Source: Thermodesulfobacteriota bacterium
Lineage (GTDB): Bacteria; Desulfobacterota; Desulfobacteria; Desulfobacterales; SURF-7
Direction of reading: 5' to 3'
Assembly: GCA_049320885.1 (NCBI GenBank)
Contig: JBMORA010000039.1
Location: forward strand, 1 to 64,000
DNA: 64,000 bases
The notes below the pieces were generated by a model. The model did no database searches. It was not told the DNA's origin and saw nothing but the letters and a program-made list of their open reading frames with translations. Both the position numbers and the translations under genes were made by a program. Shown piece by piece: positions 37,605 to 50,420 of the stretch (its first letter is position 1; each line of letters begins with the position of its first letter).

Positions 37605-39013
37605 TGTCAGATATCAAACGCGTTATAGACCAGGTTAGCCGGGACAAAGGCATCCAGCCCGCTGTTTTAATGAAGACCCTCGAGGAGGCCCTGAAATCGG
37701 CGGCCAGAAAGAAATTCGGCAATAAGGTCGAGATTGAGGCCAATTACAATGAAGAAACCGGCGACATTGAAATTTTCCAATTCAAGGAAGTCGTAGAAAA
37801 CATAACGGATCCGGATCTTCAAATTACCTTGAAGGAAGGCAGGAAGCTGGATCCGGAATGCCAGATCGGAGACAGCCTCGGGACGAAAATGGATGCGAAG
37901 ACCTTCGGCCGCATAGCCGCCCAATCCGCCAAGCAGGTGATCATCCAGAAGATGAAAGATGCGGAGCGGGAGGCTGTGTACTCCGGCTTCATAAACCGTA
38001 AGGGAGAAATCATCAACGGTATCGTCCAGCGCTTCGACCGGATGGATATCATCGTCAATGTGGGAACCACCGAGGCCGTTCTGCCCCAGCGGGAGCAGAT
38101 TCCAAGAGAGACCTACCGCCGTGGCGACCGCATTCGGGCCAACATCATGAAGGTGCTGGGAGAATCCAGAGGGCCCCAAATTGTTCTTTCCAGAACGCAT
38201 CCGGACTTTCTCATCAACCTGTTTAAAACCGAGGTTCCGGAAATCAGCGAAAGCATAGTACAAATCGTCGCCGCCGCCCGGGAGCCCGGAAGCCGCGCCA
38301 AAATCGCCGTCAGTTCCATCGATTCGGATATCGATCCCGTGGGCGCCTGTGTCGGTATGAAGGGCAGCCGTGTTCAAAATGTCGTGCAGGAACTGAAAGG
38401 TGAAAAAATCGACATCATTCCCTGGCATGTGGATCCGGCCAAATTCGTATGCAACGCGCTGTCTCCGGCGGAGATCTCGCGGGTGATCATCGATGAGGAA
38501 GACAAAGCCATGGAGGTCATCGTGCCCGACGAATTTCTTTCCGTGGCCATCGGGAAACGCGGCCAGAACGTGCGTTTGGCTTCCAAGCTGACCGGCTGGC
38601 ATCTGGATGTGCAGAGCGAGTCGGCTTACAGCCAGGCCATGAAGCAGGGTTATGACTCCCTGCTGGAAGTGCCGGGAGTGAATATCGGTCTAGCGGATGT
38701 ATTGTACGAGAAGGGATACTATTCCGCCGAGGAACTCAGCCGCGCCGGTCAGAAGGATTTGGTTCAGATTCGGGACATCGATGAAGAAAAAGCGGCGCTG
38801 CTGATTAAAAATGCAAAGCTGATCGTATCCGCCAAGCAGGCGAAAGCCCATGCGGAAAGCGAATCGGTTCCTGCCGCGGAAATATCCACGGACGCGAGTG
38901 CAGATAAGGGCGTGGATGACGTTCCTGTAAAAGAGAGCTCAGCGCCGGACGCCGCCGCGGCGGGAACAGGCGCGACCGACTCCGTGGAGGCTATGGATTC
39001 AGAGGCGAAGTAA
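37598..39013 (+). CDS. nusA: Transcription termination/antitermination factor NusA
   Basis: [53 protein letters not shown]; HhH-like and acidic C-terminal extension. Confidence 0.97.
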   Translation: MLMSDIKRVIDQVSRDKGIQPAVLMKTLEEALKSAARKKFGNKVEIEANYNEETGDIEIFQFKEVVENITDPDLQITLKEGRKLDPECQIGDSLGTKMDAKTFGRIAAQSAKQVIIQKMKDAEREAVYSGFINRKGEIINGIVQRFDRMDIIVNVGTTEAVLPQREQIPRETYRRGDRIRANIMKVLGESRGPQIVLSRTHPDFLINLFKTEVPEISESIVQIVAAAREPGSRAKIAVSSIDSDIDPVGACVGMKGSRVQNVVQELKGEKIDIIPWHVDPAKFVCNALSPAEISRVIIDEEDKAMEVIVPDEFLSVAIGKRGQNVRLASKLTGWHLDVQSESAYSQAMKQGYDSLLEVPGVNIGLADVLYEKGYYSAEELSRAGQKDLVQIRDIDEEKAALLIKNAKLIVSAKQAKAHAESESVPAAEISTDASADKGVDDVPVKESSAPDAAAAGTGATDSVEAMDSEAK

Positions 39014-39136
39014 CGTTGCCGGTCTTTCGATCGCCCCATCAACGGGAATGGACACCCGGATGGCGCGAAAAGGACAGGATATCAGAGGGCACCAGCCGAG
39101 GGCGGCCCGTCGTGATCGTGTGCTAAAGGGGGATGA

Positions 39137-41869
39137 ATGGCAAAAATCAGAGTGTATGAACTTGCCAGAGATCTGAATATGACGAACAAAATGCTGCTGG
39201 ACAAAATTCAGGCCATGAATCTGGATGTGAAAAGTCATATGAGTTCTTTGGAAGATGAAATGGTGAGTCATATCAAGGCCCACGTTCTTGGAAAGAAAAA
39301 GAGCGAACTGGAGGAAAAGCGAGTTCAGCCGACGATCATCAGAAGGCGGAAAATCGCCGTTCCGGAACCCCCCCCACTTCCCACGCCGGAGCCTGTGGAA
39401 TCCACGGAGGTTGAAGAAAAAGCGGCAGAACCGCAGGTTGATAGCGAAGAGATTCCCATCGCAAGGCCTCCCGAGATGGAGGAGCCCCCCGCCCCCGAGC
39501 CGGTTATGGCGCCTGAAATCGGGGAACCTGTGGAGCAGCCGGTGGACATCAGAACGGCAAAGCCGGATCAGGTGCCGGTCGAAGTTACGCCGGAGGAAGC
39601 CGTTGAACCGGAGAGCGACCTGACTCCCGTGGAAGAAGCCATCCCCCTGCCCGTGGTTGAGGAAGGCAAGGAAGAGCGCCCGGAAAAACCGCCAAAAAAA
39701 GGCAAGAAACAATCCGCCGCCAAGATTATCAGTCTGCCGGACAGAATTCCGGCCCCGTTGTCCGAACCGAATCTTGTCGCGACGGTTGATCTGCTGCAAC
39801 CGGCGGCGATACCTGCGTCCGTGGAGCAGGAGGCAAAGGCCGCCGGCGTGGATGAAGCCGAGGACCTTGACGACAAGCGCGGCAAAAAGAAGAAAAAGCC
39901 GGCGGAGCTGGAGAAGGAGAAAGAAAAGGAAAAGGAAAAGGAGAAAGAAAAGGACAAACGGTTTTTCAAAAAGAAGATCTCCTTTAAGAAAAAATCCATC
40001 ATCGAAGGCAAGGAACTGTATGACGACGAACTGGTGCGCGGCCGCAAAGGGAAAAAGGCGGCCAAAACCAAGGCTCCCGTCGGCCAGAAAACCCAAATTA
40101 CGGTGCCCAAGGCCATTAAACGCCGCATCAAAATCGATGACGCCATCGTCTTGTCCGATCTGTCCAAGCGCATGGGCATAAAGGCCAGTGAAATGATACA
40201 GAAATTGATGGGGTTGGGCGTGATGGCCACCGTCAATCAGACCATAGACTACGACACGGCCGCGCTTGTTGCCGCTGAATTCGGGTACGAAACGGAACGG
40301 GCCGGTTTTGAGGAAGCGGAGATACTAGGCGTGCAGGAAGACAAACCGGAAGAACTGATCAAAAGGCCCCCCGTGGTGACGATCATGGGGCATGTCGACC
40401 ACGGCAAGACCTCTTTGCTGGATGTCATCCGCAAATCCAGTATCACGGCCGATGAGGCGGGGGGCATCACCCAGCATATCGGCGCCTATAATGTCCAGAC
40501 CGACAGGGGGTTGATTTCCTTTTTGGATACACCCGGACATGAGGCGTTTACGGCCATGCGCTCCCGCGGAGCCCAGGTGACCGACATCGTTATTCTCGTT
40601 GTCGCCGCCGATGACGGCGTCATGCCGCAAACCGTGGAAGCCATCAACCATGCCAAGGCCGCCAATGTTCCGATCATCGTGGCGGTGAATAAAATCGACA
40701 AGCCGGATGCGGAACCGGAACGTGTCAAACGGGAGCTTTCCGAGCACAATGTGCTGTCCGAGGAATGGGGCGGTGAAACGATTTTCGTGAATGTGTCGGC
40801 CAAGCAGAACATCGGAATCGATGATCTCCTCGACATGGTTCTGCTTCAGGCGGAAATGATGGAACTCAAGGCCAATCCCTACAAGCTCGCCAGAGGGCAT
40901 GTCATCGAGGCGAAACTGGATTCCGGCCGGGGACCGGTCGCCACGATTTTGGTCAAGGAAGGAACCTTGCGTGCGGGTGATTCCGTGGTTTGCGGTATTC
41001 ACTACGGCAAGGTCAGGGCCATGCTGAACGATAAGGGGCAGCCCATGGACAGTGCCGGGCCTTCGATCCCCGTGGAAGTGCTGGGATTGAACGGCGTACC
41101 GAGCGCCGGCGATGAAATGGTCACCCTCGAGGACGAAAAGAACGCCAAGCAGGTCAGCATGCATCGGCAGCAGAAACAACGGGCCAAGGATCTCGCCAAA
41201 TCGAGCCGTCTGAGCCTTGAGGGACTGTTCGAAAAGCTGGAGGAGGGCGAAGTCAAGGAACTGAACCTGATCCTGAAGGCGGATGTCCAGGGCAGTATCG
41301 AGGCCCTGAAGGATTCGTTGATCAAGTTGAGCAGCAATGAAGTGAAAATCAACGTGGTGCATGCCGCCACCGGAACCGTGACCGAATCGGATGTTTCCCT
41401 GGCGACGGTTTTGAACGCGATCATCGTGGGATTCAACGTGCGCCCCCCCGCCAAGGTTCAAGAAATGGCCGCCGAGGAGCACGTGGATATGCGCTTCTAC
41501 AATATCATCTACAATGCCATCAAGGACATCAAGGATGCCATGGTCGGCATGATGGATTCAAAGTTTGTGGAGCGTGTTCTCGGCCGCGCCGAGATTCGGG
41601 AAGTTTTCATGATCCCGAAAATCGGAGCCATCGCCGGTTCCTATGTCACGGAGGGGAAAATCGAGCGGAACCAGCGCGTGCGGCTGCTTCGCGAGGGGGT
41701 GGTCGTTTATGACGGCAAGATTTCCTCACTCCGCAGGTTCAAGGACGACGCCAAGGAAGTCATGGCGGGCTACGAATGCGGCATCGGCATTGAAAATTTC
41801 AACGACCTGAAGCTGGGCGATGAAATTGAATGCTATTACCTTGAAGAAATCAAGCCGACCATGGAGTAG
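39137..41869 (+). CDS. infB: Translation initiation factor IF-2
   Basis: [46 protein letters not shown]. Confidence 0.98.
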   Translation: MAKIRVYELARDLNMTNKMLLDKIQAMNLDVKSHMSSLEDEMVSHIKAHVLGKKKSELEEKRVQPTIIRRRKIAVPEPPPLPTPEPVESTEVEEKAAEPQVDSEEIPIARPPEMEEPPAPEPVMAPEIGEPVEQPVDIRTAKPDQVPVEVTPEEAVEPESDLTPVEEAIPLPVVEEGKEERPEKPPKKGKKQSAAKIISLPDRIPAPLSEPNLVATVDLLQPAAIPASVEQEAKAAGVDEAEDLDDKRGKKKKKPAELEKEKEKEKEKEKEKDKRFFKKKISFKKKSIIEGKELYDDELVRGRKGKKAAKTKAPVGQKTQITVPKAIKRRIKIDDAIVLSDLSKRMGIKASEMIQKLMGLGVMATVNQTIDYDTAALVAAEFGYETERAGFEEAEILGVQEDKPEELIKRPPVVTIMGHVDHGKTSLLDVIRKSSITADEAGGITQHIGAYNVQTDRGLISFLDTPGHEAFTAMRSRGAQVTDIVILVVAADDGVMPQTVEAINHAKAANVPIIVAVNKIDKPDAEPERVKRELSEHNVLSEEWGGETIFVNVSAKQNIGIDDLLDMVLLQAEMMELKANPYKLARGHVIEAKLDSGRGPVATILVKEGTLRAGDSVVCGIHYGKVRAMLNDKGQPMDSAGPSIPVEVLGLNGVPSAGDEMVTLEDEKNAKQVSMHRQQKQRAKDLAKSSRLSLEGLFEKLEEGEVKELNLILKADVQGSIEALKDSLIKLSSNEVKINVVHAATGTVTESDVSLATVLNAIIVGFNVRPPAKVQEMAAEEHVDMRFYNIIYNAIKDIKDAMVGMMDSKFVERVLGRAEIREVFMIPKIGAIAGSYVTEGKIERNQRVRLLREGVVVYDGKISSLRRFKDDAKEVMAGYECGIGIENFNDLKLGDEIECYYLEEIKPTME

Positions 41870-41877
41870 GGATCGGT

Positions 41878-42165
41878 ATGGTTGTCGGAGTCGGTATCAT
41901 CAGATTCAGGTTGCATGATTGCCACAGCTTGAAGGGCAAGCGCAAGATCGTCAAGGCGATCATCGCGCGGCTGCGCAACAACTTCAACGCCTCGGTGGCG
42001 GAAACCGATTGGAACGATGTCCATCAGAAGGCGGAAATCGGTTTCTCCCTGGCCGGCAACGACCGGATTCTGATCAATTCGAAGATCGATAAAATGTTCA
42101 ATATGGCCGAGGAGATGGGACTGGCTGAAATAATTGACACGGAGATGGAGCTCATCAATTTATGA
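41878..42165 (+). CDS. DUF503 (YlxP-like) protein
   Basis: SLKGKRKIVK...FNASVAE; conserved position between infB and rbfA. Confidence 0.88.
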   Translation: MVVGVGIIRFRLHDCHSLKGKRKIVKAIIARLRNNFNASVAETDWNDVHQKAEIGFSLAGNDRILINSKIDKMFNMAEEMGLAEIIDTEMELINL

Positions 42166-42551
42166 AGCCCTTTTCGAGAGCCGACCGCGTCAGCGGCCAG
42201 ATACGGAAAAAGCTTTCCGAGTTATTGTATAAGGAAATCAAAGATCCCCGCTTGGAGGGGGTGGTGATCAGCGGTGTGAAAATGTCCCGGGATTTGAAAT
42301 TGGCGACGATTTATTTCACGAAGCCCCATCCCGTCTCCGCGGACGATGTCCGATACAGGGAAGAGGCCGCGGAAGGCTTTCAAAGCGCCCTGAATTTCAT
42401 CAAGCGAACCCTTGCACAAAGTCTGGGGTTGCGCTATATGCCGGACTTCAAATTTCACTATGATGAATCGTTTGAATACGGGGCGCGGATCGAATCCCTG
42501 TTGAAGACCTTGCAACAAGAAAAAAATGGACCAGATAATTCAACATCTTGA
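42162..42551 (+). CDS. rbfA: Ribosome-binding factor A
   Basis: RADRVS, IKDPRL, SRDLK, LRYMPDFKFHYDESFEYG. Confidence 0.95.
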   Translation: MKPFSRADRVSGQIRKKLSELLYKEIKDPRLEGVVISGVKMSRDLKLATIYFTKPHPVSADDVRYREEAAEGFQSALNFIKRTLAQSLGLRYMPDFKFHYDESFEYGARIESLLKTLQQEKNGPDNSTS

Positions 42552-43500
42552 TCAGTCCCGGCGCGTGCTGGTGACATCTCATATACAACCCGACGGCGAT
42601 GCCCTGGGTTCTCAGCTGGCCATGGGGCTGGCGCTGACCGCCCGGAACAAGACGGTTACCTTTTTCAATGAAACCGAAACGCCGAGAATGTATTGTTTTC
42701 TGCCGGCGGTGGATCGGGTCGTGCACCATCTGGACAGTGTCGACGAATTTGACACGGCGGTGGTTTTGGACTGCGGCGACCTGCGGCGGGTAGGAGAAAA
42801 TGCCGCGTTTGTCGAACGGGTTCCAACTATTATCAATATCGACCACCATTTGACCAATACCCGTTTCGGCCGTTTCCAGCTGGTGGATCCGTCCGCCTGC
42901 GCCACAGCGGAGATCGTTTACCGGCTTATCAAGGCCATGGACATTCCGTTGACCAAGGCCATGGCGTTCGGCATCTATACCGGCATCATGACGGACACGG
43001 GGTCTTTCCGTTTTTCCAACACCAACCAGGAGGCCTTCGGCATATGCGAGGAGATGGTGGGCCTGGGGGTCGATCCCAATCTGGTGGCCAATCACGTGTA
43101 CATCACGTATTCCCTGAGCCGCATCAAGCTGCTGAATCTGGTGCTGGAATCCATCGAGGTTTCGGAAAACGGAAAGCTCTCCATGATGTCACTGACCCAG
43201 GAAATGCTGGAAAAAACCGGTACGAAGCCCGAAGATATCGGACGTCTGATCAATTACGCCCGGCACATCGAGGACGTCAAAGTCGCCGCGCTGATTTTTG
43301 AAAGCAAGAACGGGAGCGGCAATACCGCCAAGGGTCTTGGCCATTTTCATGTCAGCCTGCGATCGAACGGGAGCGTGGATGTGGCGGAAATCGCCTCCCG
43401 ATACGGCGGGGGCGGGCATGTAACGGCCGCCGGTTTCAATATAACGGCGAGTCTGGATGATGTAAAGGCGAGAATTTTGAGTCTGGCGGACCAGCTGTGA
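42526..43500 (+). CDS. nrnA: DHH-family oligoribonuclease / pAp phosphatase (NrnA-like)
   Basis: SHIQPDGDALGS, LDC, IDHH, TDTGSF, SLRS, GGGGH. Confidence 0.88.
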   Translation: MDQIIQHLDQSRRVLVTSHIQPDGDALGSQLAMGLALTARNKTVTFFNETETPRMYCFLPAVDRVVHHLDSVDEFDTAVVLDCGDLRRVGENAAFVERVPTIINIDHHLTNTRFGRFQLVDPSACATAEIVYRLIKAMDIPLTKAMAFGIYTGIMTDTGSFRFSNTNQEAFGICEEMVGLGVDPNLVANHVYITYSLSRIKLLNLVLESIEVSENGKLSMMSLTQEMLEKTGTKPEDIGRLINYARHIEDVKVAALIFESKNGSGNTAKGLGHFHVSLRSNGSVDVAEIASRYGGGGHVTAAGFNITASLDDVKARILSLADQL

Positions 43501-43515
43501 TCCGGAAGCGATGCC

Positions 43516-44457
43516 ATGGCGTATGACGTGAACGGGGCGGTCATCGTCGACAAACCTCCGGGTGTGACTTCCGCCGGTTTGATCGCCCGGATCAAAAAAA
43601 TGACCATGGCAACCAAGGTGGGCCACACGGGGACCCTGGATCCCTTTGCCACCGGTGTCATGATCTGCTGCTTCAACCAGGCGACGCGGCTGTCCAGATT
43701 TTTTCTGAGTGGAGGTAAAAAATACCTCGCAACGATGATTCTGGGGGTCACCACCGACACCCAGGATGCCACCGGCCAGGTGCTGACCCGCAGCGATCCG
43801 GGGCGGGTCACGGAGGCGGATATCCTTGGGGCGTTTTCACGCTTCACGGGTGAAATCAGCCAGCAGCCGCCGGTTTATTCGGCTTTAAAGCACGGCGGGG
43901 TGCCCCTGTACAAGCTTGCCCGAAAGGGCATGGCCGTGGAAAAACCGCCGCGGAAAGTGACCATCCGGTCCATTCGACCGGTGGCAATGGAATTACCGGA
44001 GATCCATTTTGAAGTGGCCTGCTCCGGAGGCACATATATACGCACGCTTTGCGCGGATATCGGTGAAGCCCTGGGTTGCGGCGGACACCTCAAGAGCCTG
44101 CGGCGGACGGAAAGCGGTGGTTTTTCCATTGATGGGGCTGTGGACATGGCGGAACTGGAAACACTTGCTTTATCCGGAAAATTATCCGATAAGCTGGTGA
44201 GAATGTCGGCCATGCTTTCCGGCATGGAAGCCTGTGTGGCCGACAGCCGGCTTGCGGAGAAAATCCGTCATGGAATACCCATCGGCCGTCGGGATCTGGC
44301 CGGTGGAACCGTTATTCCGGCGGCAAACGCGGAATATGCGGGTTACATCAAGCTGGTGGATGGGGCCGACGACCTGCTGGCGGTGGTGGAAATCCATCCG
44401 GATGAGGAGCCGCTTCGGTATTGTTGTGTGGTAAATGAAAAAGGTTTGATAACATAA
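43516..44457 (+). CDS. truB: tRNA pseudouridine(55) synthase
   Basis: DKPPGVTS, GHTGTLDPFATG, PPVYSALK, CSGGTYIRTL. Confidence 0.96.
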   Translation: MAYDVNGAVIVDKPPGVTSAGLIARIKKMTMATKVGHTGTLDPFATGVMICCFNQATRLSRFFLSGGKKYLATMILGVTTDTQDATGQVLTRSDPGRVTEADILGAFSRFTGEISQQPPVYSALKHGGVPLYKLARKGMAVEKPPRKVTIRSIRPVAMELPEIHFEVACSGGTYIRTLCADIGEALGCGGHLKSLRRTESGGFSIDGAVDMAELETLALSGKLSDKLVRMSAMLSGMEACVADSRLAEKIRHGIPIGRRDLAGGTVIPAANAEYAGYIKLVDGADDLLAVVEIHPDEEPLRYCCVVNEKGLIT

Positions 44458-44482
44458 GTAATGATCAGAGGAGGCATGCAAA

Positions 44483-44752
44483 GTGACGTTCACGAATGAA
44501 AACAAGAAGGAACTGATTGATCGTTTTAAACTGCACGACGTGGACACCGGTTCGCCGGAAGTGCAGATTGCGCTTTTATCGCATCGGATCACGTATTTGA
44601 CGGAGCACGTCAAGGTTCATCCCAAAGACCACCACTCCCGTAGGGGACTGCTGATCCTGGTCGGTCGCCGTCGACGGCTGCTGAATTATGTGAAAAGCAA
44701 GGATTTAAATCGTTATCAGACACTTATTGAAAGCCTGGATTTGAGAAGATAG
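44483..44752 (+). CDS. rpsO: 30S ribosomal protein S15
   Basis: [22 protein letters not shown]. Confidence 0.97.
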   Translation: MTFTNENKKELIDRFKLHDVDTGSPEVQIALLSHRITYLTEHVKVHPKDHHSRRGLLILVGRRRRLLNYVKSKDLNRYQTLIESLDLRR

Positions 44753-45036
44753 CGAAAATTTTCGAAACGTTTTCTCTTTGTGTCCCGGTTTGTTCAGACT
44801 TGTGGCCGGCCTGGTGGCCGGTTTAGGTGTTTGCGTTGGAATGCAGGGAAAACCAATAACAATTGCTGTCGAGGCGGCGAAAGGGAACAGGTCCCTTTCC
44901 GGGTTCCGGAAGAAAGAAACCGATTGCCGGCGGTTTGGACCGGCGTCGTTTTCCGGCCCCGCCATGCGCGACGGTGATACAGCGGGCGAAACGCATGGAA
45001 ACCAACGCAGGCGGTTGAGCCGTTAGGAGAGTGAAT

Positions 45037-47139
45037 ATGGAATGTTCGTTTAAAGCAGAAGTCGGGGGAAAAACGTTGAGCATCCAGGCCGGGAAGGTGG
45101 CCAAGCAGGCCTCCGGATCCGTATGGGTAAGCTACGGCGAGACCATTGTTCTGGTTACGGTTGTGTCGGCGGAGGATGAAAAGGCGGATACGGATTTCCT
45201 GCCGCTGTCGGTGGAATATCAGGAAAAGATTTATGCCGCTGGCCGGATCCCCGGAAATTATTTCCGAAGGGAGATCGGCCGGCCAAGCGAAAAAGAGATT
45301 CTGACCTGCCGACTGATTGATCGCCCTATCCGGCCGTTGTTTCCTAAAGGTTACCGCTGTGAAACCCAGGTGATCGCCACCGTGTTCTCCATGGACAAGG
45401 AGAATGATCCGGATGTGCTGGCGATGGTGGGGACTTCCGCCGCGCTTGAGATATCGGATATCCCGTTTGCCGGACCGATAGCCGCTGTCCGGGTGGGACG
45501 AATGGACGGCCGTTTGATTGTGAATCCCACCATCAGCCAGTGGGAAGACTGCGATATCAATATTGTGGTGGCTGGTTCCAGGACCGGCGTGGTGATGGTG
45601 GAAGGCGGCGGCAACGTCGTGCGGGAAGCCGATATGCTGGAGGCCATCTTTTTCGGCCATCAGGCCATGCAACCCCTCATCGACATTCAGCAGCAATTGC
45701 GGGAAGCCGTTGGGGTGAACAAGCGTGTTCTGGCGGAACCGAAAAAAAATACGATCCTGGCGGAGCGGATCGAGGCCGCCGCCCGGGAGAAGATCCGGGG
45801 CGTCCTGGCCATTCCGGAGAAAGCGAAACGCAACGACGCCATGCGCGCGCTGAAAATCGAAGTGCTGGAGAATCTCGGCGAGGAAGATTTGCCCGTCAAG
45901 GCGGAAGCCAAGGAGCTTTTTTACGACCTCCAGAAGCGGATCAGCCGTGACATGGTATTGAAAGAGGGGCGGCGGATCGATAACCGCGGGTTTGACGAAG
46001 TCCGGCCGATTTCATGTGAAGTGGGAATTTTGCCAAGGCCCCATGGAAGCGCGCTGTTCACCAGGGGAGAAACCCAGGTGCTGGGAGTGCTGACCCTCGG
46101 GTCCGGCCAGGATGAACAGCGGGTGGAAACCCTCAGCGGCGATGAATCGAAACCCTTCATGCTGCATTACAATTTTCCGCCGTTTTCCGTGGGCGAGGTC
46201 CGGCGCATCGGCGGACCCGGCCGCCGGGATATCGGGCATGGAGCACTGGCGACCCGGGCGGTGGAAAAAATCCTGCCCGCCAAGGATGACTTCGATTATA
46301 CCATCCGGCTGGTGTCGGAAGTATTGGAATCCAACGGATCCTCCTCCATGGGGACGGTCTGCGCCGGCAGTCTGGCCTTGATGGACGGCGGGGTGCCGAT
46401 CAAGGCTCCGGTTGCCGGCATCGCCATGGGTCTCATCAAGGAAGGCGACAACGTGGTCGTTCTATCGGATATTCTGGGCGACGAGGATCATTTCGGCGAC
46501 ATGGATTTCAAGGTCGCCGGCACCCAGGACGGCGTCACCGCCTTGCAGATGGATATTAAAATTACGGAATTGTCCAAGGAGATCCTGGAAAAAGCCCTGG
46601 ATCAGGCGCGTCGGGGACGGCTGCATATCCTGGACAAGATGGGGCAGGCGTTGAACGAGTCCCGCAAGGATCTGTCTCCCTATGCGCCGAAAAATGTTAC
46701 GATCAATATCAATCCGGATAAAATACGAGATATCATCGGCCCGGGCGGCAAGATGATCCGCGCCATTCAGAGTGAAACCAACACCCGCATCGATATCGAT
46801 GATTCCGGCGCCGTCAAGGTGAGCGCGACCTCCCAGGAGGACAGTGATGCGGCCATCCGGAGGATCAAGGAAATCGCCATGGAACCGGAGGTCGGCGCGA
46901 TATATGAAGGCCTGGTGGTGAAAATCACCGATTTCGGGGCATTTGTTCAGCTCGCTCCGGGTACCGACGGGCTGGTGCATATCTCCCAGCTGTCCTCCAA
47001 CCATGTAAAACGGGTTTCGGATGTGGTGAAAGAGGGTGAAAAATTGAAGGTCAAGGTGTTGGAGGTGTCGCCGGAGGGCAAGATCCGGCTGAGTCACAAG
47101 GCGGTCCTGGAAAACAAAGATGAATCCACGCGTAAATAA
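45037..47139 (+). CDS. pnp: Polyribonucleotide nucleotidyltransferase (PNPase)
   Basis: [40 protein letters not shown], followed by KH and S1 domains. Confidence 0.97.
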   Translation: MECSFKAEVGGKTLSIQAGKVAKQASGSVWVSYGETIVLVTVVSAEDEKADTDFLPLSVEYQEKIYAAGRIPGNYFRREIGRPSEKEILTCRLIDRPIRPLFPKGYRCETQVIATVFSMDKENDPDVLAMVGTSAALEISDIPFAGPIAAVRVGRMDGRLIVNPTISQWEDCDINIVVAGSRTGVVMVEGGGNVVREADMLEAIFFGHQAMQPLIDIQQQLREAVGVNKRVLAEPKKNTILAERIEAAAREKIRGVLAIPEKAKRNDAMRALKIEVLENLGEEDLPVKAEAKELFYDLQKRISRDMVLKEGRRIDNRGFDEVRPISCEVGILPRPHGSALFTRGETQVLGVLTLGSGQDEQRVETLSGDESKPFMLHYNFPPFSVGEVRRIGGPGRRDIGHGALATRAVEKILPAKDDFDYTIRLVSEVLESNGSSSMGTVCAGSLALMDGGVPIKAPVAGIAMGLIKEGDNVVVLSDILGDEDHFGDMDFKVAGTQDGVTALQMDIKITELSKEILEKALDQARRGRLHILDKMGQALNESRKDLSPYAPKNVTININPDKIRDIIGPGGKMIRAIQSETNTRIDIDDSGAVKVSATSQEDSDAAIRRIKEIAMEPEVGAIYEGLVVKITDFGAFVQLAPGTDGLVHISQLSSNHVKRVSDVVKEGEKLKVKVLEVSPEGKIRLSHKAVLENKDESTRK

Positions 47140-48400
47140 GACGGTTATCGACAATGGTGTGCGGATCCTGACCAAGACGTTCCCCCATGTCCATTCCGTA
47201 TCCATGGGGGTGTGGGTGAACGTCGGTGCCCGGGACGAAAGCGCCGAGGAGAGCGGCTTATCCCATTTGATCGAACATATGATCTTCAAGGGAACCGCAA
47301 AACGAACCGCCTACCAGATCGCCAAGGAGTTTGACGCCATCGGCGGGCAAACCAATGCCTTCACTTCCATGGAGCTGACCTGCTATCACGCCCGGGTGAT
47401 GGATTCACACCTGGCGACCATGGTGGACATCCTGTCCGATATTTTTCTGCATTCCGAGTTTGATCAAAAGGAAGTCGAGCGGGAACGGGCGGTCATTCTT
47501 CAGGAAATCGGGATGGTGGAAGACACGCCCGAGGAACATGTGCACACGCTTCTGGGCAACTCCTTTTGGGGCGACAACCCCCTGGGGCGCTCCATCCTGG
47601 GGACACGGGAGAATGTCAGGGGGTTTTCCGCCGAAACCATCCGGGATTTTTTCAACCGCAACTATCAACCGGACCGGATTGTCATTTCCGCCGCCGGCAA
47701 TTTGACCCACGATCATTTCGTGGACCTGGTGGGCGGGACGTTTGAATCCGTCCGCCCCGGGAATGGATTCCCCGAAAGGCTTGCCCCCCAACCGAAAGCC
47801 GCCACGGCCGTTCACCGGCGCGAGCTGGAACAGGTGCATCTCTGTCTGGGCACTCCCGGATTGAGCACCACCGATTCCCGGCGGTACGCCCTTTCCCTGC
47901 TGAACACGATTCTAGGCGGGAACATGAGCTCGCGGTTGTTTCAGGAGATCCGCGAGCAACGGGGATTGGCCTACGCCGTCTATTCCTATATCTGTTCCCA
48001 CGCGGATACCGGCATGTTCGGGGTGTATGCCGGAGTGGCGCCCGAGAATACCTTCGCCGCCGTCGAACTGATCCTGGAAGCCCTCCGGAGGATGCGCCGG
48101 GAACCGGTGGGAGAAGCGGAGCTTCAGGACGCAAAGGAATATACCAAGGGCGGGGTGCTGCTTTCCGCCGAAAGCATGGACAACCAGATGGTGCGGATCG
48201 CCCAGAATGAAATTAATTTCGGCCGGGACATTCCCCTGCCGGAGCTGATCGACAAAATTTCATCCGTGACGGTGGAGGAGGTCCATCAGGCCGCGCAGCA
48301 ATTGCTGGAGAGCGGGAAGATCGCCTTGACCATGCTGGGTCCTGTCCCGGATGAGGCTTCCCATACTGACGCTGTTCTCGAATTGATGAGCCGTTCCTGA
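47120..48400 (+). CDS. M16-family zinc peptidase (pitrilysin-like)
   Basis: [11 protein letters not shown] (HxxEH), [25 protein letters not shown]. Confidence 0.92.
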   Translation: MNPRVNKTVIDNGVRILTKTFPHVHSVSMGVWVNVGARDESAEESGLSHLIEHMIFKGTAKRTAYQIAKEFDAIGGQTNAFTSMELTCYHARVMDSHLATMVDILSDIFLHSEFDQKEVERERAVILQEIGMVEDTPEEHVHTLLGNSFWGDNPLGRSILGTRENVRGFSAETIRDFFNRNYQPDRIVISAAGNLTHDHFVDLVGGTFESVRPGNGFPERLAPQPKAATAVHRRELEQVHLCLGTPGLSTTDSRRYALSLLNTILGGNMSSRLFQEIREQRGLAYAVYSYICSHADTGMFGVYAGVAPENTFAAVELILEALRRMRREPVGEAELQDAKEYTKGGVLLSAESMDNQMVRIAQNEINFGRDIPLPELIDKISSVTVEEVHQAAQQLLESGKIALTMLGPVPDEASHTDAVLELMSRS

Positions 48401-48861
48401 TGGAACCCCCAAAACTGGCGATTCATATCCGCCGGGTGCGACCCGGCCAGGATGACGATATTCCCCTGCCGCGCTATATGACACCGGCGTCCGCCGGCAT
48501 GGATCTTTCCGCGGCCCTGGAGGAGCCGCATTCCTTGAACCCGGGGGATATTTTCCTGGTTCCCACCGGATTCGCCATCGCCCTGCCTCCTGGTTATGAG
48601 GCCCAAATCCGACCCCGCAGCGGGCTGGCGGCAAAATACGGGATTGGAATGGTCAATTCACCCGGTACCATCGACGCGGACTATCGCGGTGAAATCAAAG
48701 TGCCCCTGATCAACTGGGGGCGGGCTGCCCATGTGATCCGCCGCGGCGACCGGATTGCCCAGATGGTGATTCAGCAGGTGGCCCGGGCCGAGCTTGTACC
48801 GGTGACGACGCTGGATGAAACCGCCCGGAACAGCGGTGGATTCGGTCATACAGGCCGATAA
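48400..48861 (+). CDS. dut: dUTP pyrophosphatase
   Basis: [43 protein letters not shown]. Confidence 0.97.
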   Translation: MEPPKLAIHIRRVRPGQDDDIPLPRYMTPASAGMDLSAALEEPHSLNPGDIFLVPTGFAIALPPGYEAQIRPRSGLAAKYGIGMVNSPGTIDADYRGEIKVPLINWGRAAHVIRRGDRIAQMVIQQVARAELVPVTTLDETARNSGGFGHTGR

Positions 48862-48865
48862 AGAC

Positions 48866-49687
48866 ATGACGGAAGACGTTTCCCGAGACCCGCAACCGGC
48901 ATCCGCGTCCGACGGCCTTTCCATTTGCATTCTAGCCAGCGGCAGCAAGGGGAATTCCATCCATGTCACGGACGGCCGGACGGCCATTTTGATCGACGCC
49001 GGGCTCACCGGGGTTCAGATCGAAGGGCGGCTGCGATCCAGAGGCGTTGCTCCCCATGAGCTGTCCGCCATTCTGGTGTCCCATGAACACGGCGACCATG
49101 TCAAAGGTGTCGGGGTGCTGTCGAGGCGGTATGACCTGCCGGTATACGCCAATCAGGGCACCCTTTCCCGGGCGTCCGGCCAGATCGGCCATGTCCATTC
49201 AACCCGGCCGTTTGCCTGCGGCCGGGAGTTCACCATCGGCACGCTGACGATTCATCCCTTTTCCATTTCCCATGACGCTCAGGATCCCTGCGGTTTTACC
49301 GTGACCGGTAACGGATGCAAAATCGGCATCGCCACGGATTTGGGGGTCGTCACGGCCCTGGTCCGGGAACATTTGCGGGAATGCCGACTGCTGGTTCTGG
49401 AAGCCAATCATGATTCGGACATGCTGCAGAACGGGCCCTACCCCTGGCATCTCAAACAACGGATCAAAAGCCGGATGGGGCATCTGTCCAATGAAGATGC
49501 CATGCAGCTCCTGGCGGAATTGCAGCATGAGCGTCTGGAGCAGGTGGTTCTGGCCCATCTGAGCGATGAAAACAACACCCCGGAAAAAGCCCGGGCAAGG
49601 GTCGGTGAAGCCATCCGGCATGCGGGAATTCAATTGAGCGTGGCCGGCCAGGATCAGTGCGGCCGGATCATTCGGCTGACCCCGTAA
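48866..49687 (+). CDS. Metallo-beta-lactamase-fold hydrolase (YycJ/WalJ-like)
   Basis: LASGSKGN, IDAG, SHEHGDH, HDA, TDLG, EANHD, GHLSN, LAHLS. Confidence 0.9.
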   Translation: MTEDVSRDPQPASASDGLSICILASGSKGNSIHVTDGRTAILIDAGLTGVQIEGRLRSRGVAPHELSAILVSHEHGDHVKGVGVLSRRYDLPVYANQGTLSRASGQIGHVHSTRPFACGREFTIGTLTIHPFSISHDAQDPCGFTVTGNGCKIGIATDLGVVTALVREHLRECRLLVLEANHDSDMLQNGPYPWHLKQRIKSRMGHLSNEDAMQLLAELQHERLEQVVLAHLSDENNTPEKARARVGEAIRHAGIQLSVAGQDQCGRIIRLTP

Positions 49688-49733
49688 TCCCTTGGGGTAT
49701 CCGCATTCCAGCTATCCCAATCGTGCTTTGCTG

Positions 49734-50090
49734 TTATTCCTGAAGATGGATGAGGGTTTCCAGCTGTTTGATCTGCTGCGCGGAGAGAATCCCGAACTTG
49801 ACCCCGCGGCGCCTCAGCGGAATCTGTTGGATCGGATTGTCGTAGATGATCTCAAAATCGGAAACGGTTTTAACCTGGATATTTTCCATCTGAAGGGTCC
49901 GTCCTTCCTGCCGGACGCTCAATTTCAGGAAATCATCCAGCGGGTGGGACTGGCCGATATAATGAAACGCGATCCCGCCGTGACCGATATCCACCACCTG
50001 GCCGATGGAACCGGAGCCGTTGCCGTGAACCACCAGGGAATCGTCCTTGACCTTAAGCCGCTTCGACTTTCTTCTTTCCGTTATGTCCAC
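49734..50090 (-). CDS. PilZ-domain protein
   Basis: ERRKSKR, DIGHGGIAF, GVKFG. Confidence 0.75.
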   Translation of the reverse strand: MDITERRKSKRLKVKDDSLVVHGNGSGSIGQVVDIGHGGIAFHYIGQSHPLDDFLKLSVRQEGRTLQMENIQVKTVSDFEIIYDNPIQQIPLRRRGVKFGILSAQQIKQLETLIHLQE

Positions 50091-50420
50091 TTCGCCCCTC
50101 CCGGTTTAGACCATACGGCACTCCTGACTTGCCGAAGGGGCATGGCCGCTGGAAAACGCCGGAAAGAGCAACCGGATATGCCGGAGGTCTGTTTCCTTGC
50201 GGCGATCCCATCGAATCAATACCCCCGGCGCCCCCCTTCATTTCTCCAGGCATTCCCGCAGCATGGAGAAAAAAGGGCGAAGCCGATAATTTGATCGGCG
50301 TTCAAATACCTTGTTTTTTCCATAACAAAATTTGGGGGGCTTGACAACTGGTTTTAGTGGTTAACAGCGTTCGGCCACGGTAATTTCAAGCGGGTCAACC
50401 GGCCGACCCGTTTGTACCCC

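Noticed and set aside
39014..39136. ylxR (DUF448) gene or remnant between nusA and infB
   Set aside because: The short frame MARKGQDIRGHQPR lacks the RxCxxC motif and the gap is too small for the gene.
39905..39955. Purine-rich repeat in infB encoding [12 protein letters not shown]
   Set aside because: Ordinary low-complexity linker in the variable N-terminus of IF-2.
44753..45036. ORF or named RNA between rpsO and pnp
   Set aside because: The short ORFs lack RBS or motifs; small hairpins may be a processing leader but nothing specific can be supported.
50091..50420. c-di-GMP riboswitch upstream of the PilZ gene
   Set aside because: No GEMM-type GGCAAA...GAAA...GGGACGCAAA core found on the minus strand.
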